Shown in pieces: positions 1 through 9,100 of a stretch of 64,000 nucleotides of DNA. A model generated the notes under the pieces. That model searched no databases and was not told the origin of the DNA. It was given only the letters and a program-made list of their open reading frames with translations. The DNA comes from Candidatus Moraniibacteriota bacterium (GTDB lineage Bacteria; Patescibacteriota; Minisyncoccia; Moranbacterales; UBA1568): assembly GCA_016182385.1 (NCBI GenBank), contig JACPGV010000007.1, positions 12,147 to 76,146 of the forward strand, read 5' to 3'. Every line of letters begins with the position of its first letter. The first letter of the stretch is position 1. The translations under genes were made by a program, and so were the position numbers.

Positions 1-1050
1 CAAGCTCCACGCGGCGCTTATCTTTTGTATCGGTTGTGGAGGGACAATATTTTCCTTCAACTGTCCATCAGGATTAAAAATACCATCCACAAAAAATTTT
101 CGTACCACGCCATCATTCACATCCAATAATCCATAACTTCCGATAAAGCCGCCGGTCGCGCGCAGTTCATGATTGTTTTGTAAAAGAAACAAATATTTCC
201 GCGGTCCATTTCCACCCAAAAGCTCTTCCAAGAGCGTTTCATTGTTTTCAATTTTTTTGGCGAGCGTCATGACCAGAGGCAACTGTTCGCGCGCCAAAAG
301 AAACATCTGTTGTTTATCAGTCGGGATATCATCCACACGCACGCGAGCAAGGGCTTCATTCCCTTGTTCAAGTGCCGTAATTGTTTTTCCGAGCGACCCG
401 TCAATACGCTGAAAAAACTCCAAAAAAGAAATCTGTTCGCCCGAAACGTATGCCTCTTTAGAAGAAGAAACTTCTTCGGCGATGGAAGAAAGCGGTATTC
501 CGGCGGCGGCAAAATGAGCGCCCGCCTTGAGCGCGTACTTTCCCGATATCGCCTGCGACAAACCAGGAATATAAGTAAAGACATCACATACGCGCCATCT
601 CAAGAAAGAAAGATTTTTTTCTCCCTCCGCAAAAAATTGTTCGGCTCGACGAAAATGAAGAAGCGACTCATCAAAGCGCCCATTTTTCATATCTTCCGCC
701 GCTATCACAAGCTCCCGAAACCCCTCCTCGCCATTTCGCGTAAGAGCATCTTTCATCGCTCTTACTTCTCGCGTTACCACCATGCCTCCAATCAGTATAC
801 AAATGACCACAGGAAGAATAAAAAACGGGTGCCGCAAACGTGAAAAAAGGCGCTCTTTTTTTTGTTCGTTATCCATTTTTTTTCCTCTGATTTCATGAGG
901 ATACCGAGAAGACTCTTCCTCTTCGGGAAACATTTCTTCAGAAAGAACAAAAGCGTGGTATGCCGATGAAGCACGCTCATCCGTCTCTTTGGTTACAGAG
1001 TCAGACGATTGAAGACGAATATCAGAAATGAAACGTTTATGTTGATTCAT
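1..1050 (-). CDS. DUF4012-domain membrane protein; 3' end runs off the window edge
   Basis: I reverse-complemented positions 1-1050 by hand and found one open frame with no stop, absent from the ORF track because no stop falls inside the window. The motif YLFLLQNNHELRATGGFIGSYG is the DUF4012 hallmark, and a TM helix FFILPVVICILIGGMVV lies near the N-terminus. The start could be ATG at 1050 or the internal MDNEQ at about 876. Confidence 0.65.
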   Translation of the reverse strand, partial: MNQHKRFISDIRLQSSDSVTKETDERASSAYHAFVLSEEMFPEEEESSRYPHEIRGKKMDNEQKKERLFSRLRHPFFILPVVICILIGGMVVTREVRAMKDALTRNGEEGFRELVIAAEDMKNGRFDESLLHFRRAEQFFAEGEKNLSFLRWRVCDVFTYIPGLSQAISGKYALKAGAHFAAAGIPLSSIAEEVSSSKEAYVSGEQISFLEFFQRIDGSLGKTITALEQGNEALARVRVDDIPTDKQQMFLLAREQLPLVMTLAKKIENNETLLEELLGGNGPRKYLFLLQNNHELRATGGFIGSYGLLDVNDGVVRKFFVDGIFNPDGQLKENIVPPQPIQKISAAWSL

Positions 1051-2269
1051 TATTCTTGTATTTTTTTGTTTGAACGACGCTCTCATACAAGAGGCGTGTT
1101 TTTTTTGCCATATCACTCCAATGATACAGGGCCACTTGTTCATGACCGCGTTTCCTCAGTTGCTCTCGTGTTTCCGAAGTCTCAAGGAGATCGCGCAAAC
1201 GCTGCGTGAACATCTGCGTATTATCCGGATCGGCGTATAAAGCCGCGGCACCCAAAATCTCAGGAAGCGATGCTCTATCAGAAGCAAGCACCGGCGTTCC
1301 ATAATTCATCGCCTCAAGTGGCGGCAAGCCAAATCCTTCATACAAAGAAGGGAAAACATAGCAAGAAGCAAAACGATACAAAGAACCAAGTTCGCTATCA
1401 TCGACAAAACCGGAAAAAATAATATTCCGCACTGCGCGCCGTGTTACTTGTCGTTCCAAGCGGCGATAAAAATAATCCTCCTTACCGACCAAAACAAATT
1501 GATATTCGGGAAAACAGGAAGCGATATCCAAAAAAATCTCCAAATTTTTATGCGGATACGCGTTACCGACATACAAACAATACGGCTTCAGTATATCATG
1601 AACAAGCCTGTCTGATTTATTCTCCGAGCTTTTTTCGTCTTTTACTATCAAACCTAAACGCTGAAACAAAACACGCGTCTTCCGCGGTGTCGGCATGAAA
1701 CAAAAATCATCAACCGCTTCATACGTCACTTCGATTTTGTGACACACAAAAGGATAGCGCTCCACAATATCACGCTTGGCGAAATGCGATACCGTGATGA
1801 CCTTGGCCGCCCGACGCAAAGCACAAAAAATCACCAAACGGTACGCTCCATACTTGATCCAATAAAAAAGTACCGAGCGCGTCGTTCCGCGAAGCGTCGG
1901 GTGACGCAACAAAATAAGATCATGAAGTGTCACCACAAATACCCCCGGATACAGTATCGGCACATTAAAATGAGGGAAGTGCACTACCCGGAGACGATAC
2001 TTGAGTAGCAAAAATGGAAAAAGAAGCTGTTCCGCCCATCCGTACCATGGATACTGTGCCAACACTTTATGAAAACGGGGATTACGAGGTTGATATTCAG
2101 AAAAATTTTCCCGGCGCAAAAAAACAACATACTCATTTTCCGTATCGAGTATTTCCAGATGTTCTATCAATTTTTGCGTGTACCGTCCGAGCCCCTTACC
2201 CACCGAACCATAAAAACGAGCGTCAATACCGATGCGCATACGATTAAACATTGGTTGTCTTCCTTCCAT
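1037..2269 (-). CDS. glycosyltransferase family 1 (GT4)
   Basis: C-terminal EGFGLPPLEAMNYGTPVLASD motif typical of group 1 glycosyltransferases, with a GT-B fold layout. Confidence 0.85.
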   Translation of the reverse strand: MEGRQPMFNRMRIGIDARFYGSVGKGLGRYTQKLIEHLEILDTENEYVVFLRRENFSEYQPRNPRFHKVLAQYPWYGWAEQLLFPFLLLKYRLRVVHFPHFNVPILYPGVFVVTLHDLILLRHPTLRGTTRSVLFYWIKYGAYRLVIFCALRRAAKVITVSHFAKRDIVERYPFVCHKIEVTYEAVDDFCFMPTPRKTRVLFQRLGLIVKDEKSSENKSDRLVHDILKPYCLYVGNAYPHKNLEIFLDIASCFPEYQFVLVGKEDYFYRRLERQVTRRAVRNIIFSGFVDDSELGSLYRFASCYVFPSLYEGFGLPPLEAMNYGTPVLASDRASLPEILGAAALYADPDNTQMFTQRLRDLLETSETREQLRKRGHEQVALYHWSDMAKKTRLLYESVVQTKKYKNNEST

Positions 2270-2305
2270 ATTCTCCCACGGGAAGAAAAAAAAGTATACG
2301 GCTGT

Positions 2306-3028
2306 TCACTCCACCACCAAAAGGAGTTTTTTACGCTCCTCCTCGACACAATACAAAAACAATGCCTGAGAAGCCAATACCTTGAAAATCTCTACATCTT
2401 CAATATGATTAACTTTTTTGGGGAAAACAACAAAAGCAACAATCCCACCGGCATCATGCGGTGAACGAATCATAGCGCATCCATTTTCCTCGGCAGATAA
2501 TTTGTTCGAATGAAGCAAAGTATTGGCTCCAAAAAAAGAAAAATTACGGCGACGATCGTCCTCAACTACCTTTTCAAGCTTACGCTCTTTCAGATTCACA
2601 AAACGAAGAGAGACCGTCTCGGTACGAGCGAGCAAACGCGCCGCCACAATCACCGGTCGATACATACCGGCGCCGCGCTTTTCCTCCCGTTTAAATCCCT
2701 CCAAAGTATCTTTCGGCAAACGAAAAGCAAGCTCCTTGATAATATCCAACTTCCTATTGATTTCTCCTATGTACGAATACGAATCGGAGAGGTCTCTCGT
2801 AATCGTATTGGCGCGTTTTTGCAAACGAAGTCTTTCCCGAAAAGAAGACAGGAGTGCTTTTTCTTTGGCGAGATATGTCATAAAACCAAGCATGCCAAAA
2901 CAAAGGATAAGAAAAGCCTCGACGTCTTCCTCTCCCAGAAACAATACGTCGCGATTGACCACTTCAGGGATAAAAACCGCTATCAAAAACAAAGAAAGAT
3001 ACACCCAATACATATTTTTATTCTTCAC
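2306..3028 (-). CDS. hypothetical membrane protein
   Basis: Long ORF with N-terminal hydrophobic helices. No family recognised. Confidence 0.4.
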   Translation of the reverse strand: MKNKNMYWVYLSLFLIAVFIPEVVNRDVLFLGEEDVEAFLILCFGMLGFMTYLAKEKALLSSFRERLRLQKRANTITRDLSDSYSYIGEINRKLDIIKELAFRLPKDTLEGFKREEKRGAGMYRPVIVAARLLARTETVSLRFVNLKERKLEKVVEDDRRRNFSFFGANTLLHSNKLSAEENGCAMIRSPHDAGGIVAFVVFPKKVNHIEDVEIFKVLASQALFLYCVEEERKKLLLVVE

Positions 3029-3055
3029 CGAGTCATTCTTTCTCTGTCGTTCTCC

Positions 3056-3946
3056 TTATGACAGAGATAGTCCTTTCAAATAAGATCGCAATTTCTCACC
3101 TACTTCCGGATGCTTAAGACCCAAATGAATGGTCGCTTGTAAAAAATTGAACTTATCGCCCGTATCGAGCCACATCCCCTCAAGCATTCGTCCGTACATC
3201 GGTCGCTTTTTCTCAAGCATGAGATCAAAAGCATCCGCCAATCTGATTTCGCCCGACTTACCGGAATCCATCGACGCGAGTGTCTCAAATACTTCACGCG
3301 TAATAATATATTTTCCTACCGCTACCGCCCGACTGGGGGCATTTTCCGGCTTCGGTTTTTCCACGATATGCGTCACTTTCCAGTCGCGTCCGGTCATCTG
3401 TTCGCCGCCGATCACGCCGAATTTTGATACATCTTCAAACGCTACCTCAGACAATCCGATGATCGGCGCTTGATGTTCTTCGTATGCCTCAATAAGCTGT
3501 TTGGCTGCCGGTACCACGCTATCATAAATACAATCACCAAAAATCACGAGAACCGATTCATCATCATCAACGAGATGCGCTGCTTGAAGAAGTGCGTGTC
3601 CGTCACCAAGCGGAACGGGCTGACGCACATAAGAAAACCTCGCCAATCCGGAAATCCTCTGAACTGTTTCAAGCAAATCATGCTTGTTTTTTTCAACCAA
3701 TGTCTCTTCAAGCTCGTAAGAAACATCAAAATGATCCTCGATGGCGCGTTTTCCACGACCGGTGACAAAAATAATTTCTTCAATACCCGATGCCACTGCT
3801 TCCTCTACCAAATATTGCACCACCGGTTTATCAACGACTGGCAACATCTCTTTTGGTTGCGCCTTGGTAGCCGGTAAAAAACGCGTGCCAAAACCCGCGA
3901 CTGGCAAAATAGCTTTTTTGATTTTTCTCGGTTGACTGCTTTGCAT
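3056..3946 (-). CDS. galU: UTP-glucose-1-phosphate uridylyltransferase
   Basis: KAILPVAGFGTRFLPATKAQPKEMLPVVDKP motif. Start placed at MQSSQPRKIKK to avoid overlap with rfbA. Confidence 0.9.
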   Translation of the reverse strand: MQSSQPRKIKKAILPVAGFGTRFLPATKAQPKEMLPVVDKPVVQYLVEEAVASGIEEIIFVTGRGKRAIEDHFDVSYELEETLVEKNKHDLLETVQRISGLARFSYVRQPVPLGDGHALLQAAHLVDDDESVLVIFGDCIYDSVVPAAKQLIEAYEEHQAPIIGLSEVAFEDVSKFGVIGGEQMTGRDWKVTHIVEKPKPENAPSRAVAVGKYIITREVFETLASMDSGKSGEIRLADAFDLMLEKKRPMYGRMLEGMWLDTGDKFNFLQATIHLGLKHPEVGEKLRSYLKGLSLS

Positions 3947-3962
3947 ATGTTTTTTCAAAAAA

Positions 3963-4757
3963 TTATTTTTTAAGAGAAATGATTTTCTTGAATTCTCCAG
4001 TAAACTCCACAATAGCCTCATTGATGCGCGAATCAAAACGCTCGGAAAAACGATGTTCTCTCACATACGCACTCGCCTCAAAAAGTGATTCGTGCGTCCC
4101 GGTATCAAAATAAGCGCCGGTAATCACGCGTACATCAAGCATCTCTTTAGCGAGATAGTGACGATGCAAATCAGTGATCTCGAGCTCTCCTCGTTCCGAC
4201 GGCACAAGCCCTTTGGCTATCTCCACCACGCTCGAATCGAAAATATAAATACCGGGAATAGCAAAATGACTTTTTGGTTGCGCGGGTTTTTCTTCAATCG
4301 AAATCGCTTTTCCCTTTGTGTCAAACTCCACTACGCCGAAACGCTCCGGATCCGGCACTTCCTTGGCAAAAATACGCCCGCCCTTCTCAAATGTCCGAAT
4401 AGCCTCGGTGAAATCGTCCTCAAAAATATTGTCACCAAGCACTAGTGTCGTCGCCTCGCCATCGATGAAATCCTCCGCAAGAATGAATGCTTCCGCGAGT
4501 CCCCGCGGCGATTTTTGGACGACGAACGAGAGATTGATACCAAATTTCCGGAACATCGAACCGAGCAAATTCAAAAAATGTCCCGAATGATCCGGCGCCA
4601 CGATGATGAGGATGTCCGTGATCCCCGCTTGAATGAGTGTGTTGAGCGGATAAAAGATCATCGGTCGATCATAGACCGGTAGCAATTGCTTGGAAGTGAT
4701 GGCGGTGAGCGGCAGGAGCCGCGTACCGGTTCCGCCGGCGAGAATGATTCCTTTCAT
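3963..4757 (-). CDS. rfbA: glucose-1-phosphate thymidylyltransferase
   Basis: MKGIILAGGTGTRLLPLT N-terminal nucleotidyltransferase signature. Part of the dTDP-rhamnose pathway together with rfbBCD nearby. Confidence 0.9.
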   Translation of the reverse strand: MKGIILAGGTGTRLLPLTAITSKQLLPVYDRPMIFYPLNTLIQAGITDILIIVAPDHSGHFLNLLGSMFRKFGINLSFVVQKSPRGLAEAFILAEDFIDGEATTLVLGDNIFEDDFTEAIRTFEKGGRIFAKEVPDPERFGVVEFDTKGKAISIEEKPAQPKSHFAIPGIYIFDSSVVEIAKGLVPSERGELEITDLHRHYLAKEMLDVRVITGAYFDTGTHESLFEASAYVREHRFSERFDSRINEAIVEFTGEFKKIISLKK

Positions 4758-4761
4758 ACGT

Positions 4762-6000
4762 TTATTTTTTATACACTGGAAATCGTTTACAAAGACTTTT
4801 CACCTCTTTTCGGATGTTTCCCAATACTTTCTTGTCACCGTTTGAACGCAATGTCTCCTCAATAAAACCCGCGAGTATCTTCATTTCTTTTTCTTTCATC
4901 CCCCGTGTCGTGACAGCCGGCACACCGATACGCACACCCGAAGGGTCGAGCGGACCCCGTGGATCATCCGGAATGACGTTTTTGTTGATCGTAATCCCGA
5001 CTTCATCCAAAAGTTTTTCCGCTTCTTTGCCTGTGATTCCGTAACTCTTCACCGTATCGATGACCAACATATGATTTTCGGTCGTCCCACCAAAAAGAAT
5101 TATCACGCCACATTTGGCTAATTTTTTTTCAAGCGTTTTGGCATTTTTTAAAATCTGTCTGGCATATTTTTTGAAATCAGAACGAAGCGCTTCGCCAAAC
5201 GCTACGGCTTTCGCGGCGATTGTATGCATATGTGGGCCACCTTGCGTTCCCGGAAAAACCGCCTTATCGATCGCTTTGGCATACTGCTCGCGGCACAAAA
5301 TCAATCCCCCGCGCGGACCACGCAAAGTCTTGTGTGTCGTCGCCGTCACGATATCGAAATATGGTACCGGATTCGGAAGCACACCCCCGGCAACAAGACC
5401 AGCAATATGTGCCATATCCATCATCGAGAGCGCACCTACCTTTCTTGCGATTGCCGTAAATTTCTCATAATCGATCTGTCGCGTATACGAGGAAAACCCC
5501 GCGAGCATCAACTTCGGTTTCGTTTCTTTCGCTAATTTTTCCAATTTCTTATAATCAATCGTCCCGTCCGCTTCGGTCTTGTACCGAACGAAGTTATACA
5601 CTTTCGCCGGAAGCGTCACCGGATGCCCGTGCGTCAAATGTCCACCGTGCGAGAGATCCATCCCGAGCACCGTGTCATCTGGTTCGAGAAGCGCCGCATA
5701 AACGGCCAAGTTGGCCTGTGCCCCCGAATGTGGCTGGACATTCGCGTGTTCCGCGCCAAAAAGTTTTTTCGCCCGATCGATAGCCAAAGTCTCCACGACA
5801 TCCGTCCATTCCTGTCCGCCGTAATAACGCCGACCTGGATACCCTTCGGAATACTTGTTCGTAAAAACCGTCCCGAGCGCCTCGAGCACCGCTTTCGACA
5901 CGTAATTTTCCGATGCTATCATTTCCAGACCTTCTTCCTGTCGCTTCTCTTCACCAAGAATCGCGCGCCACACTTCTTTATCATTTTTTTTATGCGCCAT
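4762..6000 (-). CDS. glyA: serine hydroxymethyltransferase
   Basis: [11 protein letters not shown] and the PLP-lysine region ([12 protein letters not shown]) are present. Start chosen at MAHKK by alignment to canonical GlyA N-termini. Confidence 0.95.
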   Translation of the reverse strand: MAHKKNDKEVWRAILGEEKRQEEGLEMIASENYVSKAVLEALGTVFTNKYSEGYPGRRYYGGQEWTDVVETLAIDRAKKLFGAEHANVQPHSGAQANLAVYAALLEPDDTVLGMDLSHGGHLTHGHPVTLPAKVYNFVRYKTEADGTIDYKKLEKLAKETKPKLMLAGFSSYTRQIDYEKFTAIARKVGALSMMDMAHIAGLVAGGVLPNPVPYFDIVTATTHKTLRGPRGGLILCREQYAKAIDKAVFPGTQGGPHMHTIAAKAVAFGEALRSDFKKYARQILKNAKTLEKKLAKCGVIILFGGTTENHMLVIDTVKSYGITGKEAEKLLDEVGITINKNVIPDDPRGPLDPSGVRIGVPAVTTRGMKEKEMKILAGFIEETLRSNGDKKVLGNIRKEVKSLCKRFPVYKK

Positions 6001-6077
6001 AAATAAAGCAAAAATATCCGTCATGGAGATTACAAATATATTTTTATCCTAGCAAAAAAAGCCACCCACCGCACCAT

Positions 6078-6106
6078 TGACAGAATGTCAAAAAAGGTGT
6101 ATAATT
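6078..6106 (+). promoter_or_regulatory. sigma70-type promoter TTGACA-17-TATAAT
   Basis: Exact consensus -35 and -10 hexamers with a 17-nt spacer, upstream of the GC-rich ORF. Confidence 0.5.
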
Positions 6107-6175
6107 AACGTTTCAGAATGCACCACATTCTGGGCATGTACCTGAACAATTTTTTTTTTTTGATCCGTAGAAGTT

Positions 6176-7177
6176 TTGCGGATCGATGAAGTTTTGCCCT
6201 GCGGCATCGGGCGTGAAGAAAGTAGGCGTACCAGCGCCTTCAAATCCAAACATTCCTGCGTGCCTGGCATTGCACGTGGGAAAAGGAATCAAATGAAAAA
6301 AGTAACAATTGAACGCGGCCGCACGGTTGCGTTTGAAGATCTTCCCGCAAGGTCGATCGCCCTGGACGGGTATTGTCAAGGACCCGATGTCGACGTTGAG
6401 AACCAGCGGTTCTCGTTTGACCACCATGACAAGTGCCTTCGTCTTGTGACGAAGGCCACTTGCGAACAGGTCCTGGATGCACTCCTCCTAGGGCTCGATC
6501 CGACCGCGTTCACGATTTTCGTGAACGATGTTGACGGCGACACCGTTCTTTCGGTGTGGTTACTCCGCAACTCAAAGCGGGCCGCCGAAAAAACGGTGCG
6601 AGAGCTGGTTGCAACCGTGGGCGGTATCGATGCTCACGGCCCGGCCTACCCGGCAATCGACAATGCTCTGGCGGAGAAATTCTTCCAGGGCGTTATGAAG
6701 CCCGAGCTCGATCTGCGGCGCACGAAACAGTACGCAACGTGCGATCTCCAGACGCTCCTCGAACAATGCGTCGAAAATATCGACGCGTTACTCGCGGGAA
6801 AAATCGAGCTCGCCTCGAAAATGGAGCGTCATTTTGAAACCACTCACTGCGGTAGCGGCTGGGTGATGGCAAAGTCGGACGACTTCATTTTCGATCTCTT
6901 GTACGCGGAGGGGTACACTCGTGCCATTGCGTACAAGATTCTTCCCGACGGATCAGTGAACTATACCGTCGGCAAGAAATCCGAGCTGGTCGGCAAATTT
7001 CCCGTCGGCCCCGGTTCCAAGGTGAACTCCATCCTCTACGCGCTCAATGAGCGGGAAACGGGATGGGGAGGCGGTTCAACGATCGGTGGCTCCCCGCGCA
7101 ATGCGGATGGTTCCCGATCACGCCTTACCCCCGACGAGGTTTTTGAAATCGTCGAGAGAGTGGTGATGGAGGGATAA
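6176..7177 (+). CDS. hypothetical protein; GC-rich, likely horizontally acquired
   Basis: ORF with visibly higher GC than its neighbours. Alternative ATG start at 6293. Contains DHH-like and GGGS motifs in a non-canonical order, so no confident family call. Confidence 0.55.
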   Translation: MRIDEVLPCGIGREESRRTSAFKSKHSCVPGIARGKRNQMKKVTIERGRTVAFEDLPARSIALDGYCQGPDVDVENQRFSFDHHDKCLRLVTKATCEQVLDALLLGLDPTAFTIFVNDVDGDTVLSVWLLRNSKRAAEKTVRELVATVGGIDAHGPAYPAIDNALAEKFFQGVMKPELDLRRTKQYATCDLQTLLEQCVENIDALLAGKIELASKMERHFETTHCGSGWVMAKSDDFIFDLLYAEGYTRAIAYKILPDGSVNYTVGKKSELVGKFPVGPGSKVNSILYALNERETGWGGGSTIGGSPRNADGSRSRLTPDEVFEIVERVVMEG

Positions 7178-7254
7178 ATAAAGTCACCACACCGCCCAAC
7201 CTATCGGCTAATCACGATAGTGACTAGTCGACTGATGAATTAAGGAACTCATTA

Positions 7255-7316
7255 CCGCCACGCGGATACCCTGCGCAACACGCATCGGTATCCCGGGGCG
7301 GTTTTCTTTTTTTTAA
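7255..7316 (+). terminator. rho-independent terminator
   Basis: Long GC hairpin ccgccacgcggatacc...ggtatcccggggcgg followed by a T-run. Confidence 0.6.
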
Positions 7317-7353
7317 TTTCATCCCCCACTCATTTTTTAATCAAAACCACTTA

Positions 7354-7380
7354 TCTTACTATTTTCGCGATTGCGTAAAT
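7354..7380. repeat. left arm of a perfect 27-bp inverted repeat
   Basis: tcttactattttcgcgattgcgtaaat. Its exact reverse complement lies at 8157-8183. Confidence 0.85.
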
Positions 7381-7441
7381 AGTAAGACTTTTATATACTC
7401 TAAATATAATATACTTTTCATCTATATAGACACGAAAAGAT

Positions 7442-8128
7442 ATGGCACGATCTACGAATCATACAAAGAAACAGGTGTCCCGCAATAAAAAGAAAGTTCA
7501 GCTCCCGAAAAAATTTCTCGAACGAGCGGATGATTTCCTGCTTTCCGATACGCTATCGGCTACAGCGACGAAGTTTTTCCTCGTTCTCCTTACTCTGGGT
7601 GGAGTAGCATTTCTCGGAGCAACAGTTCCTGGTCTCATAAAAGCTGCTGACATTTTCAGACATCGTCGAGGAAGCAGACGAAAAACTGACAATGATTTTT
7701 CAAAGCGATCGATTACCAATTCCATCGCCTACATGAAGAAGCATAAACTCGTCAAAATATTGAAAGATGCTCACGGTAAGACCACGATAGTCCTGACAAA
7801 CAAAGGAAGACGTCGGGTAGCGGAATATTCTCTCGAGATGGTAGAAATTAAGAAGCCGACGCGTTGGGACGGAAAATGGCGGGTGCTCATATTCGATATC
7901 CCATCCAATTCAAAAGTAAACACATATGCCCGTGATGCCTTGCGGAACAAAATCAAGGAACTCGGCTTCTGCCAAATCCAAAAAAGTGTCTGGGCTCATC
8001 CTTATGATTGTGAGAATGAAATCCTTTTCATTGCTGAAATGTTCGGGATACAGAAATATATAGAAATCCTCACTGTAGAACGGATGCTCCACGAAAAGTT
8101 AGTTCGTGAAAGATTTCCAAAACTTTAG
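7442..8128 (+). CDS. PaaX-like transcriptional regulator with an N-terminal TM helix
   Basis: Basic N-terminus, TM helix FFLVLLTLGGVAFLGATV, a winged-helix-like segment, and a C-terminal WDGKWRVLIFDIPSNSKVNTYARDALRNKIKELGFCQIQKSVWAHP resembling PaaX_C/Cas2-like folds. A TATAAT -10 element lies upstream. Confidence 0.5.
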   Translation: MARSTNHTKKQVSRNKKKVQLPKKFLERADDFLLSDTLSATATKFFLVLLTLGGVAFLGATVPGLIKAADIFRHRRGSRRKTDNDFSKRSITNSIAYMKKHKLVKILKDAHGKTTIVLTNKGRRRVAEYSLEMVEIKKPTRWDGKWRVLIFDIPSNSKVNTYARDALRNKIKELGFCQIQKSVWAHPYDCENEILFIAEMFGIQKYIEILTVERMLHEKLVRERFPKL

Positions 8129-8156
8129 ATTCTCAGTGTTTTAAAAAAATCTTACA

Positions 8157-8183
8157 ATTTACGCAATCGCGAAAATAGTAAGA
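8157..8183. repeat. right arm of the 27-bp inverted repeat
   Basis: atttacgcaatcgcgaaaatagtaaga is the exact reverse complement of 7354-7380. It lies between the convergent ends of the regulator gene and rfbD. Confidence 0.85.
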
Positions 8184-8212
8184 CTATAAACAAACTGATC
8201 GCAAACCAGGTC

Positions 8213-9097
8213 TTAAGAAAACAAAGACTCCGTACCTCCCTTCAAAAACTTCTCCAGCGCTTCTTGATACGGACGGAGCGGAATAAATTTGGTATTGCGG
8301 AGCGTCGAATATTTGGGTCGCTTGGCGGGGCGAGGAAATGCATCGGCTGAAACCGGTTTTACAACGATATCCATCTCCGCCAACCGGAACAATTCCTGTG
8401 CCGCCCCGTACCATGTCGCAACACCCTCGTTCACCAAATGATAGATACCGTACGGCTTCTGATACATCTCGAGCACCTTGCTCGCGAGCGCCAGATCCGG
8501 CGCGTACGTGAAACAACTCTTCTCGTCATCGACGACCGTCACTTCTTTTTTGTCCTTCGCCACTTCAAGCATTTTCTCGAAAAAACTCTTCTTCCCGACC
8601 GCGGACGACGCCGGCTTGCCGAACAATTTCGACAAACGAATAAGATAATATTTTTCACCTTCCGCAATGACGTTTTTCTCCCCTTCCCATTTGCTTCTGC
8701 CATACCGAGAGATCGGTCGCGGTTCGGCATCCTCGGCATAACCGTCCGCATTCTCGCCATCAAAGACATAGTCCGAAGAATAATGAACGAACGTCCTATC
8801 GAGCTCTTTTGCCAGTCGCGCAAGAAATCCCGGAACATCGGCATTGAGCTTGATCGCCTTCGCGTATTCCTCCTCGTTTTCCTCGCACTGATCAACCGCG
8901 TTGTACGCCACAGCGTTTATAATAACCGCTGGCGCATACTCGCGGATCTTTTTTTCCGCCACAGAAAAATCCGTAAGATCAATCTCCTCATAGTCCCAGC
9001 CCGCGACCTCATATCCTTCGTCCTCACGGTAAACACGCACGAGCTCCTGCCCGAGCATTCCCTTCGCTCCGAGAATCAAGACTTTCCTCTTTTCCAT
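8213..9097 (-). CDS. rfbD: dTDP-4-dehydrorhamnose reductase
   Basis: MEKRKVLILGAKGMLGQ Rossmann N-terminus. RmlD family by length and context. Confidence 0.9.
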   Translation of the reverse strand: MEKRKVLILGAKGMLGQELVRVYREDEGYEVAGWDYEEIDLTDFSVAEKKIREYAPAVIINAVAYNAVDQCEENEEEYAKAIKLNADVPGFLARLAKELDRTFVHYSSDYVFDGENADGYAEDAEPRPISRYGRSKWEGEKNVIAEGEKYYLIRLSKLFGKPASSAVGKKSFFEKMLEVAKDKKEVTVVDDEKSCFTYAPDLALASKVLEMYQKPYGIYHLVNEGVATWYGAAQELFRLAEMDIVVKPVSADAFPRPAKRPKYSTLRNTKFIPLRPYQEALEKFLKGGTESLFS

Positions 9098-9100
9098 AGA

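Noticed and set aside
6293-7177. DHH-family phosphoesterase call for the GC-rich ORF
   Set aside because: DHH, DxD and GGGS-like motifs are present, but their order and spacing do not match the DHH/DHHA1 architecture.
7354-8184. Classic IS or MITE with target-site duplication
   Set aside because: There is no transposase inside and no evident direct duplication immediately outside the 27-bp arms.
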